NCBI GenBank assembly: GCA_973895155.1
Contig: OZ316893.1
Location: forward strand, 26,648,798-26,712,797
From: Marsupella aquatica
Lineage: Eukaryota > Plantae > Marchantiophyta
Direction: 5' to 3'
DNA length: 64,000 nucleotides
The position numbers and the translations under genes were made by a program. Below are positions 26,101 to 38,587 of the stretch, piece after piece; positions within the stretch are counted from its first letter, which is position 1, and every line of letters begins with the position of its first letter. The notes below the pieces were generated by a model. It searched no databases. It saw nothing but the letters and a program-made list of their open reading frames with translations, and was not told the DNA's origin.

Positions 26101-27274
26101 ATTTGTTTACTTTGTTAAGAACATTAGTGACTAAGTACATAGACCCCTATCCACCTAGAGGTAAAGATGGACACTAGCAGGTTAAGGAGTTTTGGGGCAG
26201 AGTGGAAAGCTCTGTTGCCATTGACTCTCAATCACAAACTGCAAGGTTTTCCTGAAGTAACAAACACTTAAGATCTTGTCCAAGATTCTCAACAAAATTA
26301 AAAGAGTTAACCCAAACCTTAACCCAAGAGTTGAGCTCTTTCAGAGGTCACGCTCCCATACCATGGAAGTACTAGGGTGTCTCAAACCTTGGAATCGTGG
26401 GAAAAAAACGACGCCCAGAACTATCAGTTTCGGTCACGGTTCAGCAGTGTGCGGACACAGACTTTTGTGTATATCACCTTTTTCCTGGGAATCCATCGCT
26501 AACCGCGACCGGAGACAGCACGTCCTAGTTAAGAGAGCACCTCTGTCACTCACCTCCTTCGATTCCATACTTGGGAAGGCCCCTTTGGAGCCGTAGAGTA
26601 TACGATAGCCCTGTTTGGCAGAAGGCTCTGGGAGCGTCGAGAAACCTCTCTACTCTTCTCTTGTACAGTAAAGGAAGAGCTCCTCCGCGGAAAGAAACTC
26701 GCCTTGCGCCAGACGTAAGGCGACGAGCGGCCCACGAGCAGCCAGCAGCCCGCGAAAGAAAGACGGACGGAAAGACAGACTGACGGAAAGACAGACCGAA
26801 CGAGAAAGGGAGAGGGATTTCTTCCCTTTCTCTGTTTCGCTTCCTAAAAAGTTGAGTTTCTGTGACCCTAGAGTTGAAGAGGAACGAATTTCTCGAGCGA
26901 AAGCAGCAGACAAGGGGGGACTGTTGCACAATTTTCCACGTAGCCGCTGCAACACAGCAGACGAAACAAGGTGGAGATCGCCGCCACCATTCCGAATTTG
27001 CTTTCCTCCCTTCCTTTTTTTCCCTTTCTCCCTTTCCCCACCTGCCGTAGGGGCTCAGAGTTTTCGCTACAGCCCACCTCCAGGACGAGGCCGAACGGAA
27101 ATCAACGGATTGAGGCTTGATTGGAGAGAGATTCATCGATCAAGGGCTTTGGCTTTGAAGACGCAGGGTTTAGGAGTTTGCGTCGCGTGCGCCTCCATTT
27201 CGCTCTACGATTCGCCTTCGCTTCGGAACTGCTAAGAGGACGACGCTGCTGCTGCTGCTGTCGAGGAGGCGGCA

Positions 27275-27310
27275 GAGAGAGAGAGAGAGAGTGAGAGATA
27301 GAGAGAGAGA
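27275..27310. repeat. (GA)n microsatellite in the Hsp70 5' region
   Basis: AGAGAGAGAGAGAGAGTGAGAGATAGAGAGAGAGA directly visible. Confidence 0.9.
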
Positions 27311-27373
27311 GGCGCGGGGTGTTGATTGGTGGGGTTTTGATCCTTCGGGAAGTAGTGGGTCTGATCGATTGAA

Positions 27374-30300
27374 ATGGCGTTGGCGGGCCTGTTGGCGGGT
27401 CGGATTTTGAGATCCGCGTCGTCCAGATCTAGGGGCATTGTGAATGGGTTGCATCAGGTGAGTTTTACGCCACGAGAAGCAGTTGGCTCATGATCTCTAT
27501 GTTTGCTTTGCTTTACTTCGTGAGGATCAGGGTTTAAGATGGTTTTGTTAGGTGTTTTCTTGGTTTGGAGGGATAGGTTGATTGGCGTGAGGGTTTGCGA
27601 CCGACCCCAGTTTCATTGAAGGAAAGGCTAATGTTTTTAGGTTGTCACAAGGGATTACTCGACCTCTTGAATGTAGGGGACAGTGGTTAGTTCTCGGATT
27701 TTGTGCTGCCTTGCACGAGGCCTTCATTCAGCAGTCTAGAGTCATTCTGTTTCTTTGCAGTCATTTCTTAGCTGCACTTAATGCTCGTGAGTTACGAAGC
27801 GTGTCGTCCTGTTCTTGCCAGTTGTTGGTAGTTCAGTTTCTTCGTACGTTGAAACAGTTTGGACTGTGCCTCCATCCATGAATGCCAGATCTGTCGGGCT
27901 GCTTGTTTTATACCCTACTGTAGGCGTGGCTCACTCTGCAGGGGGTTAAGTGCAATTTGGTGACTAATTTTTTATTTATTTTTGGTTATCAGCATGCGGC
28001 CGCACAGGCTAAGCAAGGAGCGCTTGCTTCCGAGATGGTGTCCTCGTACAGACAAAGATTGAGGGCTTACAGGTGCGTGTGGGGATTTTGTCTCTGCCTA
28101 TGTTTGTGATTACTTATGGACACTATAAGCAAGGATTGTTCGAAGTTTTTCCGAGGATTGGTTCTGTTCGAAATCCACTGTTACGTGCAGTCCATCTGTT
28201 TCCATGATGGACCTTGTAGCAGTAATCCTTGAGCAAAGTTCTTTTTAGTATTGGTTCTGGTTGGTAGAGTTCCAATGCTACATGCACTTAACCTAATATC
28301 CTACGGGCACTGGACTCCGGGATACCGCCGTGATTTTGAGGAGGTTTTAGAAGGAATTGATGTTGTTGCAGTTTACTACTACGTGATTTGAACCTGGTGC
28401 CATGATAGATGTAGGGACAGTGAAGTTTCCGTCTGTTTCCTTAGAGCTACAATACTCTCATGCTTGTAGTAAAGATAATTCTTTTAGGGGGTTTTAGTAA
28501 GAATTGCCGTGGTTGCAGTTTACTACTTCGTCATTTGAATCTGGTGCTATGATACAGATCTAGTGACAGTGAAGTTTCCGTCTGTTTTGGGGAAAATAGT
28601 CTTGGAAATTCTAATAGCTGCAATACTCTCATGCTTGCAGTAACTATCTTTTTCCAAACCGGTTAAAGTGTCAGTGATGGTTTGGTCATGTAGTGGAGCT
28701 CTCTTAGAATATCACCCTCGCCTCCAAAAGATGTCTCCCATCCTTAGGACGAGGAAATTTTCGCACAGAACTTGCACTTTGTAAGTTTAGGAGACCAGGT
28801 TTTTCTCGTTGGACCATAATTTGGTTACGGATTCCCCATCTCAGTTCCCAAAGTGTTCACTTCATTGCTCTTTCCTCGAAAATTTTCTCTCCTGCTTTCT
28901 GACGTATCCCGCCAGTGTTGTGTTTCTTAGCGAGCATCACTTATATCATGCTCTGTCGGATCCTCACTTTGCTTCGCTTGAATTTGACCGTCTCCACTCC
29001 AGCTTTTGGGTATCAAGCATGCTTTTCCTTTTGTCCAGAAAGTAATATCCCAGGCCGCGATTGGGTATCATTGCGGCTGGGGGTGGCACTGTGTAATAAT
29101 GACTCGACGATTTTGCCTGTGGCGTTTGTGCGATGCTGCTGCCGATTTCCCTTTCTGACTCTTCCCTGTTGCATTTTGTGTGCAGTGCTGGTGTCGGTGG
29201 AAACGATGTTATTGGAATTGATCTGGGTACAACTAATTCATGTGTATCTGTCATGGAAGGCAAGGTAAGTATTCATGTGCCGATGGAGCCTGGTAATACT
29301 TGATTTTCAGCACACGATTTTCCCTCGTCTTTGCAGTAAAATATTTGTGTGAATTAGAGTGGGTGTAGACTCTCAAATTGTACGGGTAGTATTACTGTAG
29401 GTGTATTGATTTCTATCATCTCTAAATCCTTGCGGTGAGATATTTGCAATTGGACCGATCCGTACCGCTGGCGGTGTATTCTGACATTGTCTCTGCTGCA
29501 TCCACAGCTGCCCAAAGTAATTGAGAATTCTGAAGGCGCCCGGACTACCCCATCTGTTGTAGCTTTTACCCCGAAAGGGGAACGACTTGTTGGCACTCCT
29601 GCCAAGCGGCAAGCAGTTACTAATCCCACAAACACTCTGTTCGGTACAAAGAGGCTCATTGGCCGATCATTCGATGATGAGCAGACGCAAAAGGAAGCAA
29701 AGATGGTGCCATATAGAATTGCCAGGGGCCCCAACGGCGATGCTTGGGTTGAGGCTGGCGGGCAGAAGTACTCTCCCAGTCAAGTGGGAGCCTTTATACT
29801 TGGAAAAATGAAGGAGACAGCGGAATCTTATCTTGGCCGTCCCGTCTCCAAGGCAGTCATCACTGTACCTGCCTATTTCAATGATGCTCAACGCCAAGCT
29901 ACAAAAGATGCTGGAAGGATCGCAGGGTTAGATGTCTTGCGTATCATTAATGAGCCTACCGCAGCATCCCTTTCTTATGGAATGGACAGGAAGGAGGGTT
30001 TGGTAGCAGTCTTTGATCTGGGAGGAGGAACATTCGACATCTCCATTCTCGAGATATCTGGTGGTGTCTTTGAGGTACTTGCTTATCCCTGCGCAATCTA
30101 TGTCTCTTCTAATTGGCTGCCACGCTGGGAGTGTGCAATGCACAATGCCTTGTGCCTAGAACTCTGAATGAATTGAAGATTTTTTGGGCCTAATAACTAG
30201 CCTTGAACTGTGCTCTCAGGTGAAGGCCACAAATGGTGACACGTTTTTGGGTGGAGAGGACTTCGACAACACCCTGTTGCAGTATCTTGTCAGCGAGTTC

Positions 30301-31458
30301 AAGAAGGAGCAGGGCATCGACTTGTCGTCTGATAGACTAGCTTTGCAAAGGCTCCGTGAAGCTGCCGAGAAGGCAAAGGTGGAACTCTCGTCCACCCCCC
30401 AGACGGATATTAATTTGCCCTTCATCACTGCTGATGCGTCCGGGGCGAAACATCTCAATGTCACTTTGACTCGCTCTAAGTTCGAGGCTTTAGTAAGCGA
30501 ATTGATAGAGCGGACGAAGCAACCCTGCAAGGACTGCCTGAAGGATGCGGGCATATCTGCAAAAGAGGTGGATGAGGTTCTACTAGTTGGAGGGATGACT
30601 CGTGTCCCTAAGGTTCAAGAGACTGTGGCATCGATTTTCGGCAAAGACCCGAGCAAAGGAGTTAACCCTGATGAGGTTGTGGCAATGGGCGCTGCTATCC
30701 AGGGTGGCGTTCTACGTGGTGATGTTAAAGACATATTGTTGCTAGACGTGACCCCGCTTTCGCTGGGTATTGAGACTCTTGGTGGAGTTTTTACAAGGCT
30801 CATCACTAGAAATACAACCATTCCCACTAAGAAGAGTCAAGTCTTCTCAACCGCAGCTGATGCGCAAACACAGGTAGGAGTGAAGGTATTACAAGGGGAG
30901 CGTGAAATGGCCTCGGACAACAAGATGCTTGGTCAGTTTGAGCTCGTAGGTATCCCCCCGGCCCCTCGAGGAGTGCCTCAGATCGAGGTGACTTTTGACA
31001 TAGATGCAAACGGTATCGTAAATGTTTCTGCCCGAGACAAGGCAACAGGAAAAGAGCAAGCTATCACTATCCAGTCATCCGGTGGTTTATCAGAGGACGA
31101 GATCCAGAAGATGGTGAAGGACGCTGAATTATATGCTCAGAAGGATCAAGAAAGGAAACAATTGATCGATGTCAGGAATGATGCAGACACCACTACTTAT
31201 TCAGTGGAGAAAAGCTTGAACGAGTACAAGGATAAGCTACCTCAGGATGTGGTCGATGTTGTCCAAAATGCGCTCTCAGATTTGAAGAAGTCCGTAGAAT
31301 CCGAGAATATAGACGATATCCGGCGAAAGATCGACGCCGCGAAGGCGGCGTCAATGAAAATTGGTCAAGCCCTAGGGAGTAAGGAAGGCCCTGCTAGTGG
31401 CCCACCAGAGCAAGAAGCCGAGTATGAGGATGTTAAAGAAGGTAAAGGCAAGAAATGA
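27374..31458 (+). CDS. mtHSC70: Mitochondrial Hsp70 (mtHsc70 / DnaK-like), 5 exons
   Basis: Exons 27374-27457, 27993-28072, 29186-29264, 29508-30074, 30220-31458. Arg/Ser-rich presequence [21 protein letters not shown]. Motifs [39 protein letters not shown], and mitochondrial-type GDAWVE and [13 protein letters not shown]. Confidence 0.96.
28340..28645. repeat. ~130-150-bp direct duplication in Hsp70 intron 2
   Basis: GTTGCAGTTTACTACT...GACAGTGAAGTTTCCGTCTGTTT...CAATACTCTCATGCTTG twice; the second copy has an insertion. Confidence 0.8.
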
Positions 31459-34156
31459 GATCACATCCACGGGATAAAATGGAGGAAGTGTCTTCTATGC
31501 TGTTGTGCACGGACGATGCTGAGTTTATGAGACGACAACCAAGGATAGAGTCCAAGGCTGTCCTTATTTTGTAGTTTGAGCCCTTTGAATTGCGTCCACT
31601 TAGAATGGTTCTCTACACTTTTAATAGGTGCATGTAAGTGAGGGCAGAATAGGTGATAGTTTAAGGGGAGGGGGAGATTATGTCTAACTGAAATATAGAG
31701 TCTCTTCTTAGGTTTCCAGATGGCTTAAATGCGTTAGTGATCCTTCCCTTCAGCCTCTAGGTCAGGCACTGGAGGACCAAAATCACAGTGAGAGGTGCCT
31801 CTTTCATAGAGCTTGTACAGGCTCTTTCAACAGATAATTTTGCCGATGACGGAGTAGGGTGATCCAGAACTCTTTACACAATAAAATGTGGATGTCCGTG
31901 GCTGTGTTTTTACTCTCCTCTGGCCTGGGGTTTTTTGTTGTTAATTGAATGATGCACCAAAGATTCTTTCCAACCGTCATACAGTATTTTTGGGTTCTTT
32001 CGAGTCAGAAGGATCACGTGGGTTGCCTTCACTTTTTACTGTCCACACATTAAGATCTTAAATCCGCATTCTCTCTCTACTGAATCGATGACTTTGTAGA
32101 GAAATTTGGTGCGATGGGGGTTGTGCCGAAAGCCTTTCCGTATCTATTGATCGAACAAACCTCCTTCCAGGTGTGGACTGATTGCTCGAGTTCTAACGCA
32201 GTTGAACTGACCATCTAGGCTTTCAATTATATGGGATTTGCTCTTGCAGGGGCCTGTTTTCTCTTCGTGTCTTATCGGCTGCAGCATTGTCGAAACTAAA
32301 CCCTAGTCACAACATATGAAGCATGAGCAGGCTTGTAAGAAGTACTTGGAAGGCTAGGCTAGGTAGCAGTCAATCATCTCCTGTCATTGTGATCTCGAGG
32401 ATCAATGTATTTTGCATCTCCTGACTGCAAAACGGGATGAGGGCTTGTGGATGATTTAATGCTCGTTCTTTTGCCGCGCAACATATTTCTGCTCGAGTGT
32501 GTTTGTCTGAACCCTCGACCGCCTGACAGTTCAGTGGCATGTCCTCAGGGGGAAAGTGGGCACCGTTCAGTTTGTTGTCTTGGCCTCAACCGTCTTTTCG
32601 CACAGACAAGCCTTAGCCTGCAGCCATTGCCGTCCGAGAGTTTTTATGTTGAAATCCCTCCCTGCAGAGATACACGTCTATCCGAAGGCTTTGTTGCCTG
32701 TATTGTTTGGCAAAATATTGTGAGCCCTCATTGATGCAATTTGTCTACAATTTTTCGGCTGAGATTTGTCGGTTCACTACTTCAGCTTGCGTACAGCACT
32801 GTTGGATGTCTAGTACGGAGTATGCATGAGGCTAGGGAACTTAATCTGTGGTTTTATTGTCTTTAGAACGTTAGGGCTATCAGTCCCAGTATCACTCCGT
32901 TCTGACAGGTTTCATGTATTTGGTGTACCGTTTCCAGTGCATTGTTCCCGAATTTTGGTTCGAAATTGGTGATAAAGCTGATCCTTTATTAAAGCAAAAC
33001 CTTACATTCTATGGACCAGCGAATGCCAGAAGTATGAAACCTTGAGGATGATGTTTGCATGTCACCGATCGTCCAAGCCAGTTCCATAAGGTTTGAAGAA
33101 GAGGTTTTAGAGGAGTGAAAAAGTTCCTACTTTTTGTGTGTGAGAAGCATGTCTAATGGAAATTCATGGATCCGAACTCAGGCCGTGAAAAGGCTACGAA
33201 AATCATCGTACATCCCAGGAACGCAAGTACGTCCATCGGTCTGCAGAGGGGCAAATGTTGTGCTCACTACCGTAAAATCAGGTCACTGCTGTTTATTATA
33301 CACTAAGCTAGGTTGAAAACTACAGGAAAACTCTCTTTTAAGGGGTGGAAAACAGTGAGAAAACAGGGGCCGCAAGTAATTTGGATCCTTGCCTGTTTTC
33401 GTGCCCAAATTAAATTTATGGGAGCCGAGAAATTTGCATGAGAATCACCGGATGTTGCAGTGAGAAAGGATGGGAGGGGTGATTGAGACATATCTGGAGG
33501 GGCTATGGCAGCATCGCAAGAGTACGAAAAAGTTCAGGACTTTGTGCTCAGCAAAGTTGTCAAAATAGAAGAAAAAAAGTTGGCGGGCCCTACTATGCTT
33601 GAGCTGTACGTTGGGATACGTTTTGAGCTCATCAAAGTCCCAAGAGATGAAGAGGGCCCGGAGATGGACGTGAACTTGCTTATTGGCGTGGGCGGGTAAA
33701 GTCACTAGGCGAGAATCATGAGGGTTCTGTAGAGCTGAGCTAAAAGCCATATTAGTATATTACGGTGATCAGGCCACTTTATTCTGAGGTGGTAAGAAGA
33801 TTCAGTTTCCAGTGACTTGTGGGACTTCTCGGTTTCGGTTTGCATTATTTTTATGGCCACTGAAAGTGTCCTGATCATCATTTTGCTAGTGCTAAAATGT
33901 TGAGCCCTCTCTAATTGTTGTCCAAGACCCCTCACAGAAAGTATAAACAGTTACAAGTCTACATCTAAACACTATATTATGCAGTTTCACTCTTTTTCTC
34001 ATGGTCTGTGCACAAAATGCTGTGCTGATGAGACCTCTCCCCAGCATTTGATGATGGTATTTCACACCCAACTGGTCACTCCCTGTAGTCGCACAGTCCA
34101 AGGGATCCAGTTGTCAGGCCGACTCGTTGACACCCTGCAGTTCCGCTCAACATCAT

Positions 34157-34500
34157 GTACTATCTACAATATTATGAAACGCCTGGACATTGAAAACTAT
34201 GTAAACAATACACTTACTATCTACAATATTATGAAATGCCTGGACATTGAAAAAATCATTTACCTCAACTTCCGCTCAAATCATTTACTATCTACAATAT
34301 TATGAAACGCCTGGACATTGAAACCTATGTAAACAATACACTTACTATCTACAATATTATGAAACGCCTGGACATTGAACTATCTACACACTACACTTGC
34401 TATCTGCAATATTATGAAATTCCTGGACATTGAACTATCTAAACAATGCACTTACTATCTACAATATTATGAAACGTTATGAAATGCCTCGACATTGAAT
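34157..34500. repeat. ~56-bp minisatellite, ~6 copies
   Basis: TACTATCTACAATATTATGAAACGCCTGGACATTGAA..CTATGTAAACAATACACT recurs. Confidence 0.92.
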
Positions 34501-35168
34501 TATCTATCTACTATAGTAGAACTATACTAGATACTTTAGTTCTTTATTTCTCACGGTCTCTTTACAAAATATCATGATTATGATAGGAAGTCGCCCTAGC
34601 CATTTGATTAACATGAGATGGGCCTAGGTGTGCCACTATTAACCTTTTCCGAGCCCAAGCACTCACTCTCCCGCAACTCAGACACTCCTTGAAATTCATC
34701 CTTGAAATTCAATCCTTGAAATCCAGTCCTAGACGGACTCGTTCCCTCCCCAGCTTCCAACTGCCTAGCAATGCTTCCCCTCAACGTCAGTTGATATTCA
34801 ACGCACCGACATTTGGCTATCATCATCAATAATATGGAGATTGGGCTGTCATCTAGAATATGGACTCTCTATGTAAATGGTAGTAAGATATGCGAGCCCT
34901 ATAGCCTCGGAAGAAAGTTTGATTCTGTTTGTCTCCTTCCCTCCGAAGGCTATTGGCAACCACTGTAAATTATGAGCGGTTGCGATTTAAAGGGCGTTCA
35001 GTGGAAGCGGCATTGGCCAGCCATGGTAGAAAGTCAGCTCACCTTTTCCAAACGACATGGCGTATGCTTGAACAAAGTCCCGAGGCCCTGTTGTGCAAAA
35101 ATGGGATATGCTTCCGAAACAGATGGCCAAACCAATATATTTATAATACTTATTAAGGAAATCGATCG

Positions 35169-35260
35169 AGTCCAGCTTTCAATGCTGGTCAAAGTTTATG
35201 GTTACATGGGTGGTTAGAAGCGATCAATAACAATAGTAATTCGTTGTTCTTAACAATTGG
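35169..35260 (+). pseudogene. psaB: Nuclear plastid DNA (NUPT) fragment of psaB
   Basis: Translates [31 protein letters not shown], matching PsaB ...[31 protein letters not shown] (recognised from memory). Confidence 0.85.
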
Positions 35261-35261
35261 C

Positions 35262-35357
35262 TGACAAAAAGAAGAGTGAAGCACCAATTAAACCATGCGA
35301 AATCATTTGCAAAATAGCCCCATTAAGACCTATATTTGTTAAAGATCCAATTCCTAA
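35262..35357 (-). pseudogene. ndhD: Nuclear plastid DNA (NUPT) fragment of ndhD
   Basis: Translates [32 protein letters not shown], the conserved Ndh[11 protein letters not shown] segment, with AT-rich plastid-like codons. Confidence 0.88.
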
Positions 35358-36614
35358 TTTCGATAAGTTCCTGGCTTCAGAAAGAAATCCAATCTTACAT
35401 CCAACGTGTACTGCATCGTGTGATTCGAAGGTTGAATGCTCCAGAATCCGTTTTACTGCAGTTCACTGTGCTAGTAATCCGATCTTACCTCGATCATGCG
35501 CATTCTCGCATCTATTTATTTTGTGACGGTTTACTTGATATGTCTGCCACTGTGGTGAACTTTTTAATGGTGTTCTTCTTGAAAGGAGGAGAGGTCGTAG
35601 TTGAGGGTGTTCTTCCTAACGATCCATAACCGGGAAGTTGCATGCATTCTAGAGTTCTTTGAAGGTCTTCTTCGCCCACTCAATGTGAATGAGCTTCATT
35701 CGTTTCTCGGCATCGAAGCACACAAATGATTCACCACTTGTCACCGTCATATAGAAATGTAAAATCTCATATCCTAGCTCGGGACACTGCCTACTCTGAT
35801 AATAATTCATGTGCGGGTTACAGATTTCTGTCATACGTTTCACCGCAACCTGGCAAACGTTTTGGCGCATGGAAGCGAAGGAGCTTCTGACTGTAACTGT
35901 TCTGGACTCTGCCACAAGAAGTGGTTGGACTGAAATCACTCACTGACATTCAAACCAAGGTTTGATTGAAATTTTCAACAACAAATAGTATAGCAAAAAT
36001 CTTCTGACCTCCCCGAAATTCACAGTGTTCCATCTCTCGAGCAGCTCTCGCTCAATTTAAAGCGCGAAGAGGCTTCAGCAATCTTACTTAGCCTTTGATT
36101 TAGCCTTTCATTCTAGGGATTGTAAAGAAAGTGTGCTGACATTGAGTCCATTGTCAGGAGGAGAGCGAATTACTCGTTTCGATATTGTTCACCGTTCCAT
36201 AGAGACTGATCTCCATCCATGACCCAGCTCAGTTCTACACTACTTCTCACAGAAAATTGACTCTGTTATTGAATCAATTGGTCACAAGCATACTGTGGAC
36301 GAAGATCACGAAAAACAGTTGTCCACTTTTTCCTCAATTATAGAGAAAAACTACTCTAGTTTGGAATTTCATTAACTTGATAGGAGAGATTCGAGTTAAT
36401 TGTACCTTAAAGAAGTGGGTGAAATGAAGGATAATCCCGACAATGAGTGATTCTCGCTTCGACATTCTAGTGACTTATAGTCTCTAGCCTTTCTGCAGTT
36501 TCAGCCCGTCTTTGAATCCTGAGTAGTTCAACTGAGAGACTAGGCTCGACTCACCCTGAATCATGCCTAAACAACAGTCGAAATGCCCTGATTTGGCCAC
36601 ATTACGGACAACTC

Positions 36615-36905
36615 TATAGCATTTTGAGTGAATTGAAGGGGTGACCTGCAATAGTTCGCATGGGCAGTTTTACTCGGAGATAAAAGACAAGGTCAAAAAG
36701 CCAAATGGTTTTCTCAATATGTCAATTTCTAAATCACTGGGTAGTAGTCTTCATGTCACAAGGCAGACTTAACATGCCGATGAATGAGAATGACTCATTG
36801 GGCTTTTGATAGTGAATCTGCTTCACTTATTCCTACTAGCTCAGGTGCTCCGCCCAAGTGACAGCCTGGTTCATTATTGAGAAACTCTATTATTGTGAGT
36901 AGATT
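36615..36905. repeat. Dispersed repeat, homologous to 16720-16960
   Basis: Same collinear blocks in the same orientation as the 16.7-kb copy, diverged. Confidence 0.75.
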
Positions 36906-38451
36906 GAGATTGGATCTGACAATTTCTGTCAACTGGGGACTGATGTGCATCTTCTGTCAAGATTTATGAGCTTTTGCACGTTTTAGTAGCCAATCTTCTT
37001 CTGCACACACTCATATGGTGTTTCATCTATGCATCGATGTTGACCTTCTCTCAAATTGAGAGCGCCAGAAAACAGCTGTTCATAGTGTCCACTCAAAGGT
37101 CCTGAACATGGAACAATAAATTTCTGTCTTATGAAGATGGAACTTGAGGCTTGAATGGACCTCCTTGTTTGCCAAAGCATTCAGATGGACATTTGCAACT
37201 GGGATGGACCCTAATAAAACCTTCACTTCTGCTCAGATGATACATATGACCAGTGTGTCATTTGAAAGTGTCATCTCAGCACATGCAAAAAATAGTGTTG
37301 AACTTTTTTTGCCTCAAAAAAACTCGATGAAATCCATTCAAAAAGCCAGAATACAGAAAGGGGGCCAAAAAAGCAACCACCCGGAAGGACCAGAGGTCAA
37401 GGTGTCGGGGCCGGTGAAGCCGGAACCGAGTAAGAAGCCACGCCTCAAAAAAGGCAGCCAAACTAGAAATTTGGAAACTACTACAGGAGCAGCACACCCC
37501 CAAAGACCGGCCAGTGAACAGGGACCGGCGAGGTACTGAACAGTGGGTCTGTGAAAGAAAAACAATCAGTCTACCAGTAGTGCAACTTCAAAACCCGAAG
37601 GATCCGTTGAATCATGGAGGACGCGGAGGAACAGGTGTTGAACTTTTTGGCCTGCATGAGAAAATTAGCTTCAATGGAAATCTCCTTCCAAGCTGCATCT
37701 CATTACCACCTATTATGCTGCATATCAAGAGATAATTGAAGGTCAAAGTTGCTGGTCAAAACATTTCACAAGCTTGGTCAATTCTGGTGTCAATAGTAGC
37801 CTGAATACTTGTGCTCGTGCATTGGAAGGTCCCCTGCTCCCCAACTCCCCATGCCCCTCCTTGCATAGTCTAATATCCAAAATAATTGGTTCTAGAGAAA
37901 TTATGAGAAATTATTACCTATGGTTTCACTCTATAGAGCAGGCCATGAATAGTAAACTTTGATCAATTCATAGTATAGACTAGCTCGAGTGAGTGTTAGT
38001 TGAATGCCAAATATAATTGAGAACATTCAAACTTATTGTGCCATTGGCATAAACTCATCCTGCCCCAATCTGATTTTTCAGTTGCACCCAACTTCAATCC
38101 ATGAGGGTCAGAGTTTACAAATATTTCACTCTAAATTGTAAGCCCCCAAGAGTAATTTTAATCATCTTGCCAACTATCAACTAGAGTTGGGGCCTAGGGC
38201 TTTTAGAGTGAAGTCTCTTAGACAGTAACTCCATGGCTTATCATGTGGATGGGAAACTAATGACTACCCATGTTTTTTGTTATGATTTAAAATGAATCTT
38301 ATGGCCTAACATTATATACATAAAAAAATTATAGTATGTTCTATATAATTATTAAAATGATCACAATGTAATTTTTATTATTTCATTAATGTTTTTTCAA
38401 AATGTGAATAAGTAATATATTTGGGTGATGTTTTTCTTGTTTTCTTTTCTA

Positions 38452-38587
38452 TTCATTTTCAAATGACCTGTACTTATAGTTAGGGTTAGGGCTAGTCTAG
38501 TCATTATAATATATATTCCGATTTTCAAATAACCTGTACTTATAGTTAGGGTTAGGGCTGGTCTAGTCATTATAATATATATTCCGA
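38452..38587. repeat. ~69-bp tandem duplication containing TTAGGGTTAGGG
   Basis: ATTTTCAAAT.ACCTGTACTTATAGTTAGGGTTAGGGCT.GTCTAGTCATTATAATATATATTCCGA twice. Confidence 0.88.

Noticed and set aside
26546-27235. Long overlapping ORFs upstream of Hsp70 (also at 14455-15305, 40511-41054, 54772-55751)
   Set aside because: Low-complexity translations from GC-rich promoter/UTR or repeat DNA, with no recognisable domains.
33505-33699. 64-aa ORF with protein-like composition
   Set aside because: In-frame stop just upstream, no recognisable family and no supported splice structure.
34157-34500. Repeat-spacer look resembling a CRISPR array
   Set aside because: The sequences between repeats are similar to each other, the context is eukaryotic and there are no cas genes; ordinary minisatellite.
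38477-38557. TTAGGGTTAGGG as an interstitial telomere
   Set aside because: Only two units per copy inside a local duplication; too short to be meaningful.
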